Assembly: GCF_018350175.1 (NCBI RefSeq)
Contig: NC_058368.1
Coordinates: forward strand, 169,758,001-169,822,000
Direction of reading: 5' to 3'
Source of the DNA: Felis catus
Taxonomy: Eukaryota
Length of the DNA: 64,000 nucleotides
Positions 11,561-24,119 of the stretch are shown here, in pieces. A program made the translations under genes and the position numbers. Positions within the stretch are counted from its first letter, which is position 1. Every line of letters begins with the position of its first letter. The notes below the pieces were generated by a model, which saw only the letters and a list, made by a program, of their open reading frames with translations, had not been told where the DNA came from and searched no databases.

Positions 11561-13788
11561 ATCTATTAACTTTCCAAACTTTTATCAGGGCCAGGACTCT
11601 AGTCCTCAGCGAGGAACTAGGGTTCCTTGTTTGAGGTGGCCAATGTCTACTTGTGTGTGCAAGCATCTATGCATGTATGCATAGACCCAAGACTGACTCC
11701 TTACTGATGCTGGCTGGGAATGCTTCTACCTACTACGAAACAACTTCAGAGACTCCCATGCTGTCATAGCTTCTTTATGAGGCTTGTGTTTTGCGGATAT
11801 ATAACACTAGCTCAAAAACACAGAGCGTAATTCCTGGTTGCATAGTATTCTAATAGATGTTTATTTTACAATTGATTGAGCCAACCCCCTCTTATTGGAC
11901 ATAAACATCCTGATATATTTCTTATCAATTTTCTTTTATGTAGTTTTCTAACTGGGTGACTTTAAAAGTTTTCTGTAGTCCTGTAAGACTTAATTACTGC
12001 CTAAAGCTGAGGTGTTTAGAGGACTTGATTCTGTGATGTAGTACTGATGTGATACCTTGGTGGGTTCTATTAAATTGTTCTATTTGGGTGCAATGCTGTT
12101 TTAGGCTGTTGGCATGCTGTTGTAACTAGGCAAGGAAGTGACGGCAGAATATTAACTGATATATGATGTGAGACTAAAGGGGAGAGAATACTCAACACCC
12201 TTACTCTTCTGTTTTCCCTTTTTGTCTCCCCGTATGCTTGGCTTTGGGCTGAGGTGCCCTTCCCCATTACCATCATTTTATTTACCCCTAAAATTAGCCC
12301 AAAGCTCTTCGTGGGTAGTTAATTCTTTAAGACAGATTTTAAGAATCAGTGTCAGCCACCAACTGCATTTCATCTCCTCCCTTCTTCAGCTCCTTTGATT
12401 CTGACACAACCATCTGACCTCGTGCTTCATACTTGGACTCTGGCATCCAACAGACGTTCAGCTTTTCTGTATCTCTTTTCTCTTTGTTCCCAGGCATGTC
12501 TGCTAGGGACTTCTAAAGCAGGAAGAAGCCCAGCATTGCACCTTTTCCCAGACCGTATGCAGCATACTAATGCTCGCTCCCCGGGCGCTTGTAATTGTAG
12601 ATATGGACTGTTTATGTCAGGGATGAAAGTGGGTGAACAGCTGCAGCTGCCAGGCAAAAGATAATGCAGAAATGAGAATGTCAAAGCAGCTTTCGTGGGC
12701 CTTAAATTAACTTTGCTTGTTTCTCTTCTTTCTCTCTCCTTTCCATTCAGTCTTTCTACCCTAGTGTTCCCAGCATCCCTCTCAAGACTTTCATCTGTTT
12801 TGTTGCATTAACTGAGCTGGCTCTTCTGGAAAGTCTGGCTGGCCTCACGGGAGCAGGAGGTAAAGTGAGGATGTGGTGGGGGCCTTGGAGGAGGAGGTAG
12901 GGTAAGGAGGCAAAGCATCAGGGTACTGAGGGAAAGGGTTTATCATGGATCACGCAGCACCTTGCTACAAGCACTGATTAGAGCATGTCTAGGGTTATAA
13001 TTCAGGTCCAGGTTCTAATCTTTAGCCAGCACGTTGAAAGTATATATAGCATGGCTCGTGATGTTAATGCCCACCTTGAATTTTAACACTGGATAGTTCT
13101 GCCTGCCTCCAGGGATTAAAATGAATGATGCATTCCACATGCAATGAGTTATTTTCCATCTTCCTTCTCTGCACAGTTGGAGCACAGCTCATTTGTGCAC
13201 TCTGGCTTGCCAGTCTTTTATTCTTGCTTTGCCATTCCTCTTCCTCCCTTATCTTACAAGAGTACAAGTGGCTATTTGTTCATCTCTATGCCTTGCAGCC
13301 TAGCACTGAGATAATTCACTCTTCCTTACCTTATTGACGGACACAGACATCACTCTAGGAGTGAGCACAGAAATCAGCTAGCTGCCCTCTGCCCGAGCCT
13401 GACCTGGTTCCATGTGGGAGGTCTAGCAGCGGCTGCTTTGATAAGCTCCGTGGGCCGTGTATCAGTGGACCATCCATTGGTGCTTCCAGTGTATGTGCTC
13501 CCCGGTGATCTGGCCCTTTGATAACACCATTTGTTGTCATCGATTTTTTGATACTTGAAAAGCTGGTAGAATCTACAGGCCGTTTCTCAAATCTTAGAGG
13601 AGGAAAGGCTGCATACTAACCCTGGTGGAATCTGCTGGTCTTTTATAACTGGAAAGAGGCCCATCTAGGGTCTGAGTGAGCACTCAGTAGTCAGTTTCAT
13701 TTATTTCAACAGATACTTATTGAGAAGTTGCTTGGAGTCAGATATGATGCTAGACAAGAAAAGGCATAAAAGATGCCTGGGGGAAAAA

Positions 13789-14006
13789 GGGGGTGCCTTT
13801 GTTTCGCCCATTTGCTCAGTCAGTTAAGCATCTGATTCTTGATTTCAGCTCAGGTTGTGATCTCACAGTTTGTGGGTTTAGGCCCCACATCAGGCTGGGC
13901 TGCAGTACAGAGCCTGCTTGGGATTCTCTCTGTCTCCTCTTTCTATTCCACCTCCACTTCTTCTCTCTCTTTCTCTCTCTAAGTAAATAAATAAATAAAC
14001 TTAAAA
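13789..14006 (+). mobile_element. Can-SINE (SINEC_Fc2-like) with rearranged 5' end, inserted in an L2 3' end
   Basis: TSD aaaagatgcctggg (13768-13781) / aaaagatgactggg (14007-14020). The flank 'atttatttcaacagatacttattgag' is the L2 terminus. Confidence 0.92.
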
Positions 14007-14349
14007 AAAAGATGACTGGGACACAGACCTTTGCCTCTGGGAGCTCAAAACTTAGTAAGGGTCATAGTAAGACATGCTCATGAATAGCTAACAGATCTAA
14101 TATAAGGCAGCAGTCTATTATACCTTGGGCTTTGGGTAGGCTGAGGCATGGCAGATTCATTCTGACTGGGATAAGATCTAGGAAGTTTTAGAAGGCAGTG
14201 AAATGGGGAACAGGACCGCAAAGAATGTGGAAGGCAGGAGTGTGTGTATGGGCAGGTGGTAGAGAGGAGGGTGGATATGAGAAAGGGTATTCCAGATGAG
14301 AAATGCAGAAATAAAAACTGTTCTCCTTGGATTGAATTCCACATATATA

Positions 14350-14532
14350 TGTACCTTAGCCTGAGCTACTATAACAGAATACCATACATGAGGGGCTTAA
14401 ACAACACAAATTTATTTTCTTACAATTCTGGAGACTGGAAGTTCAACACAAGGGTACCAGCATGTAGGTTCTGGTGAAGGCTTTCTTCTTGGCTTGCGGA
14501 TGGTTGCCTCCCCTTTGCCGTGTACTCAACAT

Positions 14533-14566
<34 letters not shown>

Positions 14567-14743
14567 GCTTAAGCTCTCTGGGGTGTCTTACGGGGGTACT
14601 AATCCCATCAGACTAGAACCTGTCCTCATGAGCTCATCTAACTCTTACTACCATCCAAAGGATCTAGCTCCACATACCATCACATTGGGGGTTAGAGCTT
14701 CAACATAGGAATTTGGAGGGGCACAAACATTAAGTTCATAGCA
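14350..14743 (-). mobile_element. MaLR solo LTR (MLT1A-like)
   Basis: TG...CA ends; 'ataacagaataccatacatgaggggcttaaacaacac' and 'ataccatcacattgggggttagagcttcaacatagg'; internal (GA)n. Confidence 0.9.
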
Positions 14744-16543
14744 GTATGGTTCAGAGATACCAATTCATTCATTTTTTAATATAATTTTTTCCAACATCTT
14801 ACATAGAATAACCTGGGCTCTCATGTTATAAACATAACACTATTTTTTAATGTACATTTCCATCCTTCCATCCCTTCTGTAGCCTTTGTTTTTAGAAAGC
14901 ACTGCTCCAGTCCACACAACAGTGATGGGGGGCACTGCTTCACTCTCTCTGGTCAACTTCTCTGGGTCTCTGTTACATTACTTGCAAAATGAGAAAATAG
15001 CACTAGGTAACTTCACACGTAATATAATTCTTCTCCCTTCCATGTCCCCTACCCACCCCTGCCATTTCCACCTGTTCTTCCTTCCCTTCCTTTCTTCTTC
15101 CCTCCTGTCCTTTCTTCCTTGTGTCTTTCTTTGAAAAAATATTTGTCTCACACTCAAAAAAATTCATTGGGTATTATGCAGTCAGTAATAAGATAGCACT
15201 GTCATGATCATTTTGTTGTCTGTATTGATAACCCAATATGATGCGGGTGAGGCTTTTGAAAGGACACATAGGTTGTGCATCACCCTGTCTGGCCACCTCT
15301 GGTCTGTATGCCAAGGTGTCCATGGCCTAATTCCTCCATTGTCCACACTTTTTATCCCTCAGTCTTGCTTTTTCAGGGCCTCTAACTTGGCACCTATTCT
15401 AGCTGATCAAGAAGAAGCCAAGAGAGTTTTTTTTCTTACACAATGAGCTTTTGGAAGACACAGGATCTCTTCTGATGGTCTGCATGTTCACTGAGTAAGA
15501 ATACTCAAATTTCGCCATCTGTAAGCTGTGAGAAATTAACCTCTACCTATCAGTTACCCAATAGCAAGTTTATGCTGATGAATATAAAATATTAAGAAAA
15601 TACAGCCTTTATGGGTCCAGTGGTACATATGGGACATGGATACTAAGGAAGTACCTACTATGTGCTTGTAAATGAGGTCTGCTAGATCGAAAAGAGGCTG
15701 GCGCCTCAGTCCCCTTCCCCTTCCTGTGATGCTCCCCCCATAGACATGGGTGGGAGACGTTTAGTTTCCTGTATGTGAGTTTTCTAGGAAGTCCTGTTGC
15801 TAAGAACGAGTTTCTGGCATCTTAGGATTTTTCTGAACTGTCAAGAGGTGATAGTGCTGATTATTAGTTCTTTACCTAAAATGAGTAGTACTCATTACAT
15901 CAGTGCCATTTCCCCTCATTCAGATAAGCTGAACTCAATTAGCAGGAAGCCTTGAGAATTCCAAGAGGTTTTTCTTACCAGTTTTGGCAAAGTGGAAGAG
16001 CGAATCCACATGACAAATCCTTGTCGGCACATCCATCAGGCTTTTTGTTCTTGCATTGGCCATCTGCTCCAAGTTGCCCCATGGGAACAGGCAACCATTA
16101 GAGGCCTCTCTGTCTAGATCCTTCTGCCTGTGCAAGGATGACTCTAAACAGAGTTGGGTTTTACTGCTATCGGTTGCGGAAAACTCATGATTAGCTGGAG
16201 ACTGTCAATCACCTGCACCCAGGTCTGTTTGGCACCACTGTAGTCGTCTTGTTTCGGCTTGCTTCTCCCTGCCCAAGTTAGTATGACCTGGCTACTCATT
16301 CATTACCCATAGCAAGGCTCTTTCCAGGTTGCTTCACTTATATCCACTCTTTCAGGGCTATTTTAGACACACAATTACCAGGGAAGAATAGGTGGCTTTG
16401 AGGGATAATATTAACGTCAACATCTAGCTCTCACGTAGTATGACCCTCTCTGCTTTGCAGAATTAGAGGTTGTGTTTTGATACTGTGTTTCATCTGGTTT
16501 ATTTCATTAATCATTTGGAATTTTGTATTCACATGAACATGCA

Positions 16544-16547
<4 letters not shown>

Positions 16548-16578
<31 letters not shown>
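16548..16578. repeat. (CA)15 microsatellite
   Basis: Perfect CA run. Confidence 0.97.
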
Positions 16579-16580
<2 letters not shown>

Positions 16581-16711
16581 TTTTTTCTCAAGGTACAACA
16601 ATGACAATTTTTTTTTAACAAAAATAGAAACTACATCACACCTCAATGACCATGTCATTGTAAGCAGTGAGCAAAATCACCTGCCAGATAGTTTTTGCTT
16701 ATACAGAATCT

Positions 16712-16738
16712 ATTTTAATGTTTATTTATTATTGAGTG

Positions 16739-16788
<50 letters not shown>

Positions 16789-16952
16789 AGAGTACATGTG
16801 CAGGGGAGGAGCAGAGAGAGAGAGACAGAGGATCTGAAGCAGGCTCCACGCTGAAAGCAGAGAGCCCGATGTGGGACTTGAACTCACGAATTGTGAGAGC
16901 ATGACCTGAGCTGAAGTCAGACACTTAACCAACTGAGCCACCCGGGTGCCCC
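16712..16952 (-). mobile_element. Can-SINE (SINEC_Fc family) with expanded (CT)n
   Basis: SINE head at the 16952 end; cagaatct repeated at 16704-16711 and 16952-16959. Confidence 0.95.
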
Positions 16953-16969
16953 AGAATCTGATTGTTTTC

Positions 16970-17057
16970 AATAATAATAATAATGATAATATCATTTATT
17001 GAGCATCTGCTATATGCTGGACACATTTCTAAACAGTTAATGTATTAACTCATTTAA
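16970..17057 (-). mobile_element. MIR 3' end
   Basis: 'aataataat...catttattgagcatctgctatatgctggacac...tgtattaactcatttaa' is the reverse complement of the MIR tail and core. Confidence 0.8.
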
Positions 17058-17490
17058 AGACACTAAATAAAGCTGGAAAATATGTAATGTAGGTAAACAC
17101 TGTGTGTCCATTGAATTCAGATAATCATCAACACTATACTTTCTTGGAAATTCGTATCTCTTAGGTTGTTGAGGATAAATTCTCTTTCCCTTTTCCCCCT
17201 TGGGACCTAGAGGTAGTTTGAGCAGAAAGAGCCTCCCTGTGGAGTCAGAACAGCATGTGGCCCTCTTCCTCTCTGCCAGGAGTCAGGAGCTCTTTGTTCT
17301 TCTCAGATCCCTCATCACTGGTGCAAGCTGACACTTGTGTCTCCTCTCCTTAGTACCCCTTGATCTTCACGAAATCTAGGACACTGCAGAGTGCAGTACA
17401 AATTTAGTGCCAATACTTGATCTGGCAAATTTGATAGTGCTCCCTGCTCTTTCATCGTTGGTATCCTTACTACTATCCTTGAGGTTTTCA

Positions 17491-17719
17491 TTCTTTTTTT
17501 TTTTTTTTAATTTTTTAATGTTTGTTTATTTTTGAGAGAGACTGAGACAGAATGCAAGTGGGTTAGGGGCAGAGAGAGAGGGAGACACAGAATCCGAAGC
17601 AGGCTCCAGGCTCTGAGCTGTCAGCACAGAGCCTGACGCGGGGCTCGAACTCATGAGCTGTGAGGTCATGACCTGAGCCAAAGTCGGTTGCTCAACCAAC
17701 TGAGCCACCCAGGAGCCCC
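17491..17719 (-). mobile_element. Can-SINE (SINEC_Fc)
   Basis: Full-length; perfect 16-bp TSD atccttgaggttttca (17475-17490 / 17721-17736). Confidence 0.97.
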
Positions 17720-18799
17720 AATCCTTGAGGTTTTCAACCTGGATAGGAGATGTGGAGGATATAAATGCCAGAGTCAGCCCACATAGGAATTAGTGTGTGG
17801 ACAGTGCTTCTCCCAAATGCCAATATTCTCAACCCGTGCTTTCCTCTTCTTATACTTAAAAGGATGCTTGTGGTTCCTTGAGGGTTGAGATGAGGGTAAG
17901 GATGGGAGGTAGGAGGTATGTACATAGATTCTAGCTGACTGACATTGTCATGTGTGGGGCACATGCGTGGGGTTTCTGGAAACCTCTCCCGCTTTATCAC
18001 TGAGAGATACTTTCCTCGCATTTCACCTTGGTATCAGTAAAGGAATGCTTCAGACAAGTTACTTCCTTCCTCAGCCACAAGGCATGTAGTAATGCACTTT
18101 TAGCTTTTCTGTACTGGGATCACTTTACCTCTGCAAGTGGCCTTTGAAACAGGATTTAAGACAACTTCAAGCCTGCCCTTCCCTGTGCATGGACTACTTC
18201 TGGTCCAAAGAAATCACATAAATTCTTTGTTCGTGAAAGTCTGGGGGTGGGGCCTCCTTGTCATTAGCCTGCTGAGTGACAGGCTACCTATTGTAACTCC
18301 CTTTAGATTTCTCAGGAGTGATTGAGACATCAGGTCCCTGTGTCCCTAAGCCCTAGAACACATGCATTCAGTTTCAGGTTAGAGGAGGACATCTTAAAGA
18401 CCTTTCGACTATTCTGAGCAAGAGAAATCTGTCTCTGTTTGCTACATCTCCCCTACCGCTCCTCAAAATCCCCTTCTATTAGATCCACTCCTAGTCTCTC
18501 CAGATTCTCTTGTGGATTAGAGGTAGATGTTCATCTTAAAGGCCCCTAACTGGTTCTCAGCTGCCTACTTTGAAAGCCCTGCTTTTGTTTTCTCAGGCCT
18601 CCTTTTGTAATGTAAATGGATGTTTCCCACGTTTTAGGCCCCAGTGAAAACCCAACTGCAGGAGTTCCATTTGAACATTTTGTTTCACCTATGACCAAAC
18701 AGAATATTGGCAAAACTCATGATAATGAGTTCATAAAGCATTTATGTAAATAGCTAACACACATCGTAAAAGATCCTCAGCATAATTATAAAATCTTGG

Positions 18800-19140
18800 A
18801 AATGCAATCACAGCAATTAGATACCATACTTAATTATCATACTAGTAAAATGTAAATGGCTGATAACAGCTAGTATTAGTGGCATGTAGGGAAATGATAT
18901 GTTGTTGGTTGAGTATGCATTGGCATAGTCTTTTCTGGAGAGCAATCTATCAGTTTCCATTAAGATAAGAAAAGCACATGTTCTTTGAGCCATCACTCAA
19001 AGGTGGTGATATATCTCACTTTGTACCCTAGAGAAATACTTGTCCATGTACTTAAAAAGGCAGCTGAAAAGACATTCATTGCAGCAGACTCCTAAGAACA
19101 AAACCTGAAAACGACCCATCAATGGCAGAATAGTTAAATT
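18800..19140 (+). mobile_element. Old L1 (L1ME-like) fragment
   Basis: 'ttttctggagagcaatctatcagtt', 'ccctagagaaatacttg', 'acattcattgcagca', 'cccatcaatggcagaatagttaaat'. Confidence 0.7.
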
Positions 19141-19212
19141 AGCGATTTCCAAATCTCGCTTGATGTTATAATAGTGAAAGTCACGTGGGTCACCTCTTGA
19201 TGACGGCTTTTA

Positions 19213-19259
19213 TTTTTTAATTTTTATTTTTTATTAATTTTTATTTTTTTAAGACGAAA
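19213..19259 (-). mobile_element. Tail-only retroposed insertion
   Basis: T-rich tract plus 'aagacgaaa' between 16-bp direct repeats ttgatgacggctttta (19197-19212) / ttgatcacggctttta (19260-19275). Confidence 0.75.
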
Positions 19260-19309
19260 TTGATCACGGCTTTTAAACAGTAGATGCACCATCTATCTCT
19301 ATGCTTTTC

Positions 19310-19496
19310 CGATGACAGGATGCGGGTAAGCGCAAGACCCTAGGGGATGGGCAGTGACCAGACAGGAGGAGCTTGGCTCCTGCATGGTTACTCTCCCGGG
19401 ACTGGGAGGTGACTAAGACATAAACTTTTACTGCATTAGGCCATTGGCATATTTTGGAGTTTATTTGTTAAAATAGCTAGTGTTACTCTAATAATA
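19310..19496 (+). mobile_element. MLT1-type LTR 3' fragment
   Basis: 'ataaacttttactgcattaggccattgg...ttggagtttatttgttaaaatagctagtgttactctaataata' resembles an MLT1 3' end. Confidence 0.5.
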
Positions 19497-19559
19497 AAAA
19501 AAAAAAAGATACGTAACAGTTCAAAAGAAATAAATAGGTTAGTGTGTTTTGACTGGGTT

Positions 19560-19810
19560 TTATTTCAAATGCATAAATGAAAAAAGCATATGATATCGTG
19601 TAGATTAAATAACACATTGCCTAATGTATGTATAAACACATGGAAAAAGTTCTGAAAGGTAAACACCAAATTAATAATAATGGATTCCCCCATAGAGGGG
19701 AGTAGGATCGAGTATTGTGGTAACCAGGGACTTTTGCTTTGTATTATTGAAATTTTTATGAGGAGAATATTTCTTGAATTACTTGTGTAATTAAAAATTA
19801 CAAAAGAAAT
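19560..19810 (+). mobile_element. L1ME-like extreme 3' end
   Basis: 'catggaaaaagttctgaaaggtaaacaccaaattaataa' through 'ttacttgtgtaattaaaaa'. Confidence 0.55.
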
Positions 19811-22800
19811 TGTATTGGCTCCCTGGGCAATTGCTCGGCTCGAACTGCTCCTTTTTGTTTCTGTTCTCATTTATGTGAGGGAAACAGATAAAAACTTTTC
19901 ATCCTGCCCTATTCACCAATATCTCATAATCATTAGAGATTATTGGGAATAATTCCCAAATTAGGGTGTTTGGTACAGTAATGAGGAAATTTATCAAAAA
20001 GTAAAAAAAAAAAAAGTAAAATAAAACGCACAGAATACTCTAAAAGAACTTAGAAGAAGAATGCTACCAAATCTACTATGACAGCAAAAATAATTATATG
20101 TAAATTTAGAAATATTTCGGTGGGGCTCTTGATGTAGCACTAGTGAATTCATAAATATGTCTTTTAAGGAAAACTGGATTCACTCAACAGTCTCCTTTAG
20201 TAATTACAAAAGTGATCATGTGACATCACTGTTGAACAAACTATGATGACCTAATTCCTCGTTTTCAATTCATTATGATAACAGTATGGTAATGAGAGGA
20301 GCACATTACCTCTGCACTGCTGTTAGCATTCAGTGAGTCATCTGGGCATGTCTTCTACCAGAGTAAGAATCTCAAGTGTCCAGCCACGAGTGACCCAGAA
20401 AACAGTAGTAACAAAATGCCCTTTCTCTCATCCCACCCCCTCAGCTTTTCATTCATTGCTCCCTTCAGGCCCGCTCTGTCAGCTGGATCATTGACACATT
20501 TACACAACTGTAATTGGTGCCTCTTTGGCACCCCCTTCTGTTACCAAGGCAACTGCCTGTCCTTCTGCCCTTGAGCAAAACCACCATCAGACTCATACGG
20601 GCTCTGTGGCTTGTTCTAACTTCATCATTCTCCTCCATAAACCTTCATAAGGCTTCCTCTTCAGATCCTGCCTTAGGGGCCAAACACCAGTTCGCAAGAG
20701 GCAGGGAAGCTATTTAGGTTTCTCCCCTCTTTTCATTTCACTTTCCTAAACTGGGTTGGATGTGATCTCATACGTACTGCCCATTTCTTTCCCCATTCAG
20801 GGTTTCTTACCCTAGTTGCATTCTGGAATTCCTGCTGCAGTATTTAGTAACCCTCAGATACAATAGATACAGCAACGTCTAGTAGCTTGGAGAGTTTTTG
20901 TGGGAAGTGGAATGTGTATCGATGTGCTTAGCAGGAACACCATAATGTTACTTTCTTTCCCCTGGTTTCTCATTTCTTATATTCTGCAGGTGTTTATCCA
21001 TGTTACAAAATACCAACCAGGTGGGACTTTAAGTGAGGAGTTTTAGAATGAGTACCAAATGCTGTGCTTCATGGGAGACGGAAATGGCTCAGTCTGGGAA
21101 TGATGAGGCTGGTGAGGGTGAGGCAGCTCTAGGAGGAGTGAGGAGCCGGGGAAGCCAGGAAAAGACAAATGCTGACTGCAGAAGCTCACTATGCCAAGGA
21201 CCTTCTCCCATCAAGAATTACAGCCTGGCAGTAGACTTAGCTTCTTTTTGATTCTAATACATTAAAGCTTAAATCAGGGTAAAAGAAAAGAGGCAGAAAG
21301 TCTAACTCCTACCCCACTGTGTGCATGATTGCTTTCCAGTGTGAAGATGGATTATGAACCAGGCAACCAGAGTGATGGAGGGCTGAGTGTTAATGAGAAG
21401 ATGGATGACTGTATTTTTGTAAGTCACACTCTCTCAACTGGGTGAGGTGTCTTTGCCCCACTCAGCAGGATTCTGCTGACCTCATTCATATTCTGCCAAC
21501 AGTTGGCTGGTTCTTGCCATCTCCAGTCTGAGGCTCACATGGATTCATACTGTATGGAGCCACCACACAGGCTCCTCCATTTCTTTTCTCCTGCACTCCC
21601 CTCCTGCCGTGGCCTGTGGGACCCTCCTCCAACTGCGGAACGGCAGTCCTTCATCTTGTGCCCACCTCCTCCTTTCCATCTCTTCATAGAAACTCTGCCT
21701 CCCTTCTCCCATACACAAATGTCCTTGCTTTCCAGAGCCATTTCTGAACCATTGAATGATTCTTACAATCAAAAGCTCCAAATGATTTATTTCACTGTTG
21801 TCTCCCACTGCCTCTGCTTGTTTCCTTTTCCTCAGTAATTTTAATGTTTCGTGCAATGCTTTCCTCTCTGCCATCGTGGGATTCAAGTTAATGACCCTTA
21901 ATCTCATCCTCCTTGACTCAGTTGAATACTAATTTTATCCCTATCTCCATCTGTCCAAGTTTTATCCACTCTAGGGTCAGCTCAAAAACTCTCTCTCTCT
22001 TCACAGTCTTCCCTGGTCCTTGCAGCAAGAACTGCTAGTTGCTTAATTTTTCTAGATGACCATATTCCTTTATTTGTGTATTTTATGCATTTAAAATTTT
22101 TGATCTTGAATGATAAAGGTTTTCCTTGCTACAAATATGATGTTTAAGGATGAGAACTATATTTTATTCATATTTTTATTTCTACCAACCCTAGTCCAGC
22201 ACCTCATTTTACACTTGGCATGCAGAGTGCACTTAATAATGTTAATTTGAAGACAGATGACACTTGCTTCCTTACCTTTTCCTATTATAGTGCTGCTTAT
22301 TATAGTACCATAAACTACAAGCCCTAAACCCCAAGAATTCCAGGAACTCCCTGGATCACATGATCATGTCTATAATGCTATTTTAATTATTCATTAATAT
22401 TTTTGAACATATCTTGTATGTCGAGACCCGTCCTAAATGGTAGAGAACGAGTATTCTAACTGGCCCAGAATGAAGCCATTTACCCATCCCTGGAGCTAGG
22501 GGAGGACCCATCAGTGTACCTGAACCATGTCACCTGACCAGGATTCTAAACTAGGGGATGGGTAGTCCCTAAAGAAAGAACACGTGTCCACCACAATTCC
22601 AACCGAACTTCTTCCTTGCCTCCAGAGTGGTCCCCTTTCAATCCATCCTGTAGCCTTCCTCTAGAGTAGGCTAAGTTGCAATTCTGAACAGGCCCTATTT
22701 TGTTTCAAATCCTTCAGTAGCTTTCAGCATGAAGTTCAAGTACCCACTTTAGCATATATGGTTTTCCTGGGCTTCCTGTTTCTGAAGCATCATCTTCTTT

Positions 22801-22920
22801 CACTAAGCCACATGCATGCCCACCCTTTAATGATGCCAACCTTCTTTTAGTTCTCAGACCTGGCATGCTATCTGAGCATCTGTGATTTCTTCACTTCTTT
22901 TTTTCTTCTTTCTAAAATGG

Positions 22921-22922
22921 TT

Positions 22923-22990
<68 letters not shown>
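22921..22990. repeat. (TTTC)17 tetranucleotide STR
   Basis: 17 perfect tttc units plus tt. Confidence 0.98.
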
Positions 22991-23014
22991 ATTTCTTTAT
23001 TCATTTTAACCTAG

Positions 23015-23418
23015 TATCTTAGCCAGCTCAGGCTGCCATAACAAAATACCATAGAATGGGTGTCAGAAACAACAGATATTTATTTCTCACAATTCTGGAG
23101 GTTGGGAAACCCAAGGTCAAGGTGCTGACAGATTCAGTTCTTGATGAGAGCTCTCTTCTGGCTTGGAGAGAGCTGTCACCTCCCTTTGTGCTCCCATGAC
23201 CTCTTCTTTGTGTGCACTTGTAGTGGGGGAGAGAGTGAGAGAGCAAGCTCTGGTCTCTCTCCTTCTTATAAGGACACCAATTCCCCATTATAGGGACTCC
23301 CCGCTCATGACCTCATCTAAACCTAATTACCTCCCACCTCCTAATACCATCACAATGAGGGTTAGGGCTTCAACATAGGAATCTTGAGGGCAGGGACCCA
23401 AACATTTAATCCGTATCA
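23015..23418 (-). mobile_element. MaLR solo LTR (MLT1A-like)
   Basis: 'ctcaggctgccataacaaaataccatagaatgggtg' through 'gttagggcttcaacatagg'; 5-bp TSD cctag / actag; L2-like flanks. Confidence 0.92.
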
Positions 23419-24119
23419 ACTAGTAATCTCCTTTTTACTCTTTAATCTCAGTTTAAGCACCATGTATGCTGGCAATCCCTCTTGACTTTCCTATTTAAAT
23501 ATCTCCCTTCTGTTCTTAAAACATTAGGTGGTTTGCTCCATCATAACCCTCATCACACCTTCCTTAATAGACAGTTTACATATCTATTTCCATTTTGCTG
23601 TGAATCCTTTTGTTTCATTCGATTTTTATGTCCACAGCACGGACTGGAGCCTGGCTTAAACTAAGAACTTGGTAGTTTTGAAGGATTTAACTCTCAATAC
23701 TTTTTAGGCCCCTCCATGAAATCCAAAATAAATAATTGCTTTATTTATTTACCTTCCTCGCTTTCAGAAGTGTTTATATTGAACAGATTTATTATTTAAT
23801 TCTGGAATTTTGTGAAACTTTGTATTTCTATTTGGATGAATAGTCTATCTCTAGTTAGACAGTTATTAATAGGTGATGTTGCTGTTGAAGCACCTATAAA
23901 ATGGGATTATATTAATTATTCATTTGCTCCTCTTTCTCACTGTGTTGTGAAGTGTCACAGGGAGGGTCCACATGCTGTTCATTGTCACACAGCCAATCCT
24001 GGCACACAAATAGTGCTAACTTCATGTTATCTGAATGAGTAAAGATACCTATGTGTTTTTCCTACTAGCCTCTCATTTCCTTGTAACAGTACTGAAATCA
24101 CACTCTCTGTATATTTAAA

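Noticed and set aside
20344..20353. p53-like half-site near 20344 (gggcatgtct) beside an AP-1 motif; another near 12492
   Set aside because: Single half-sites with no adjacent partner; expected by chance.
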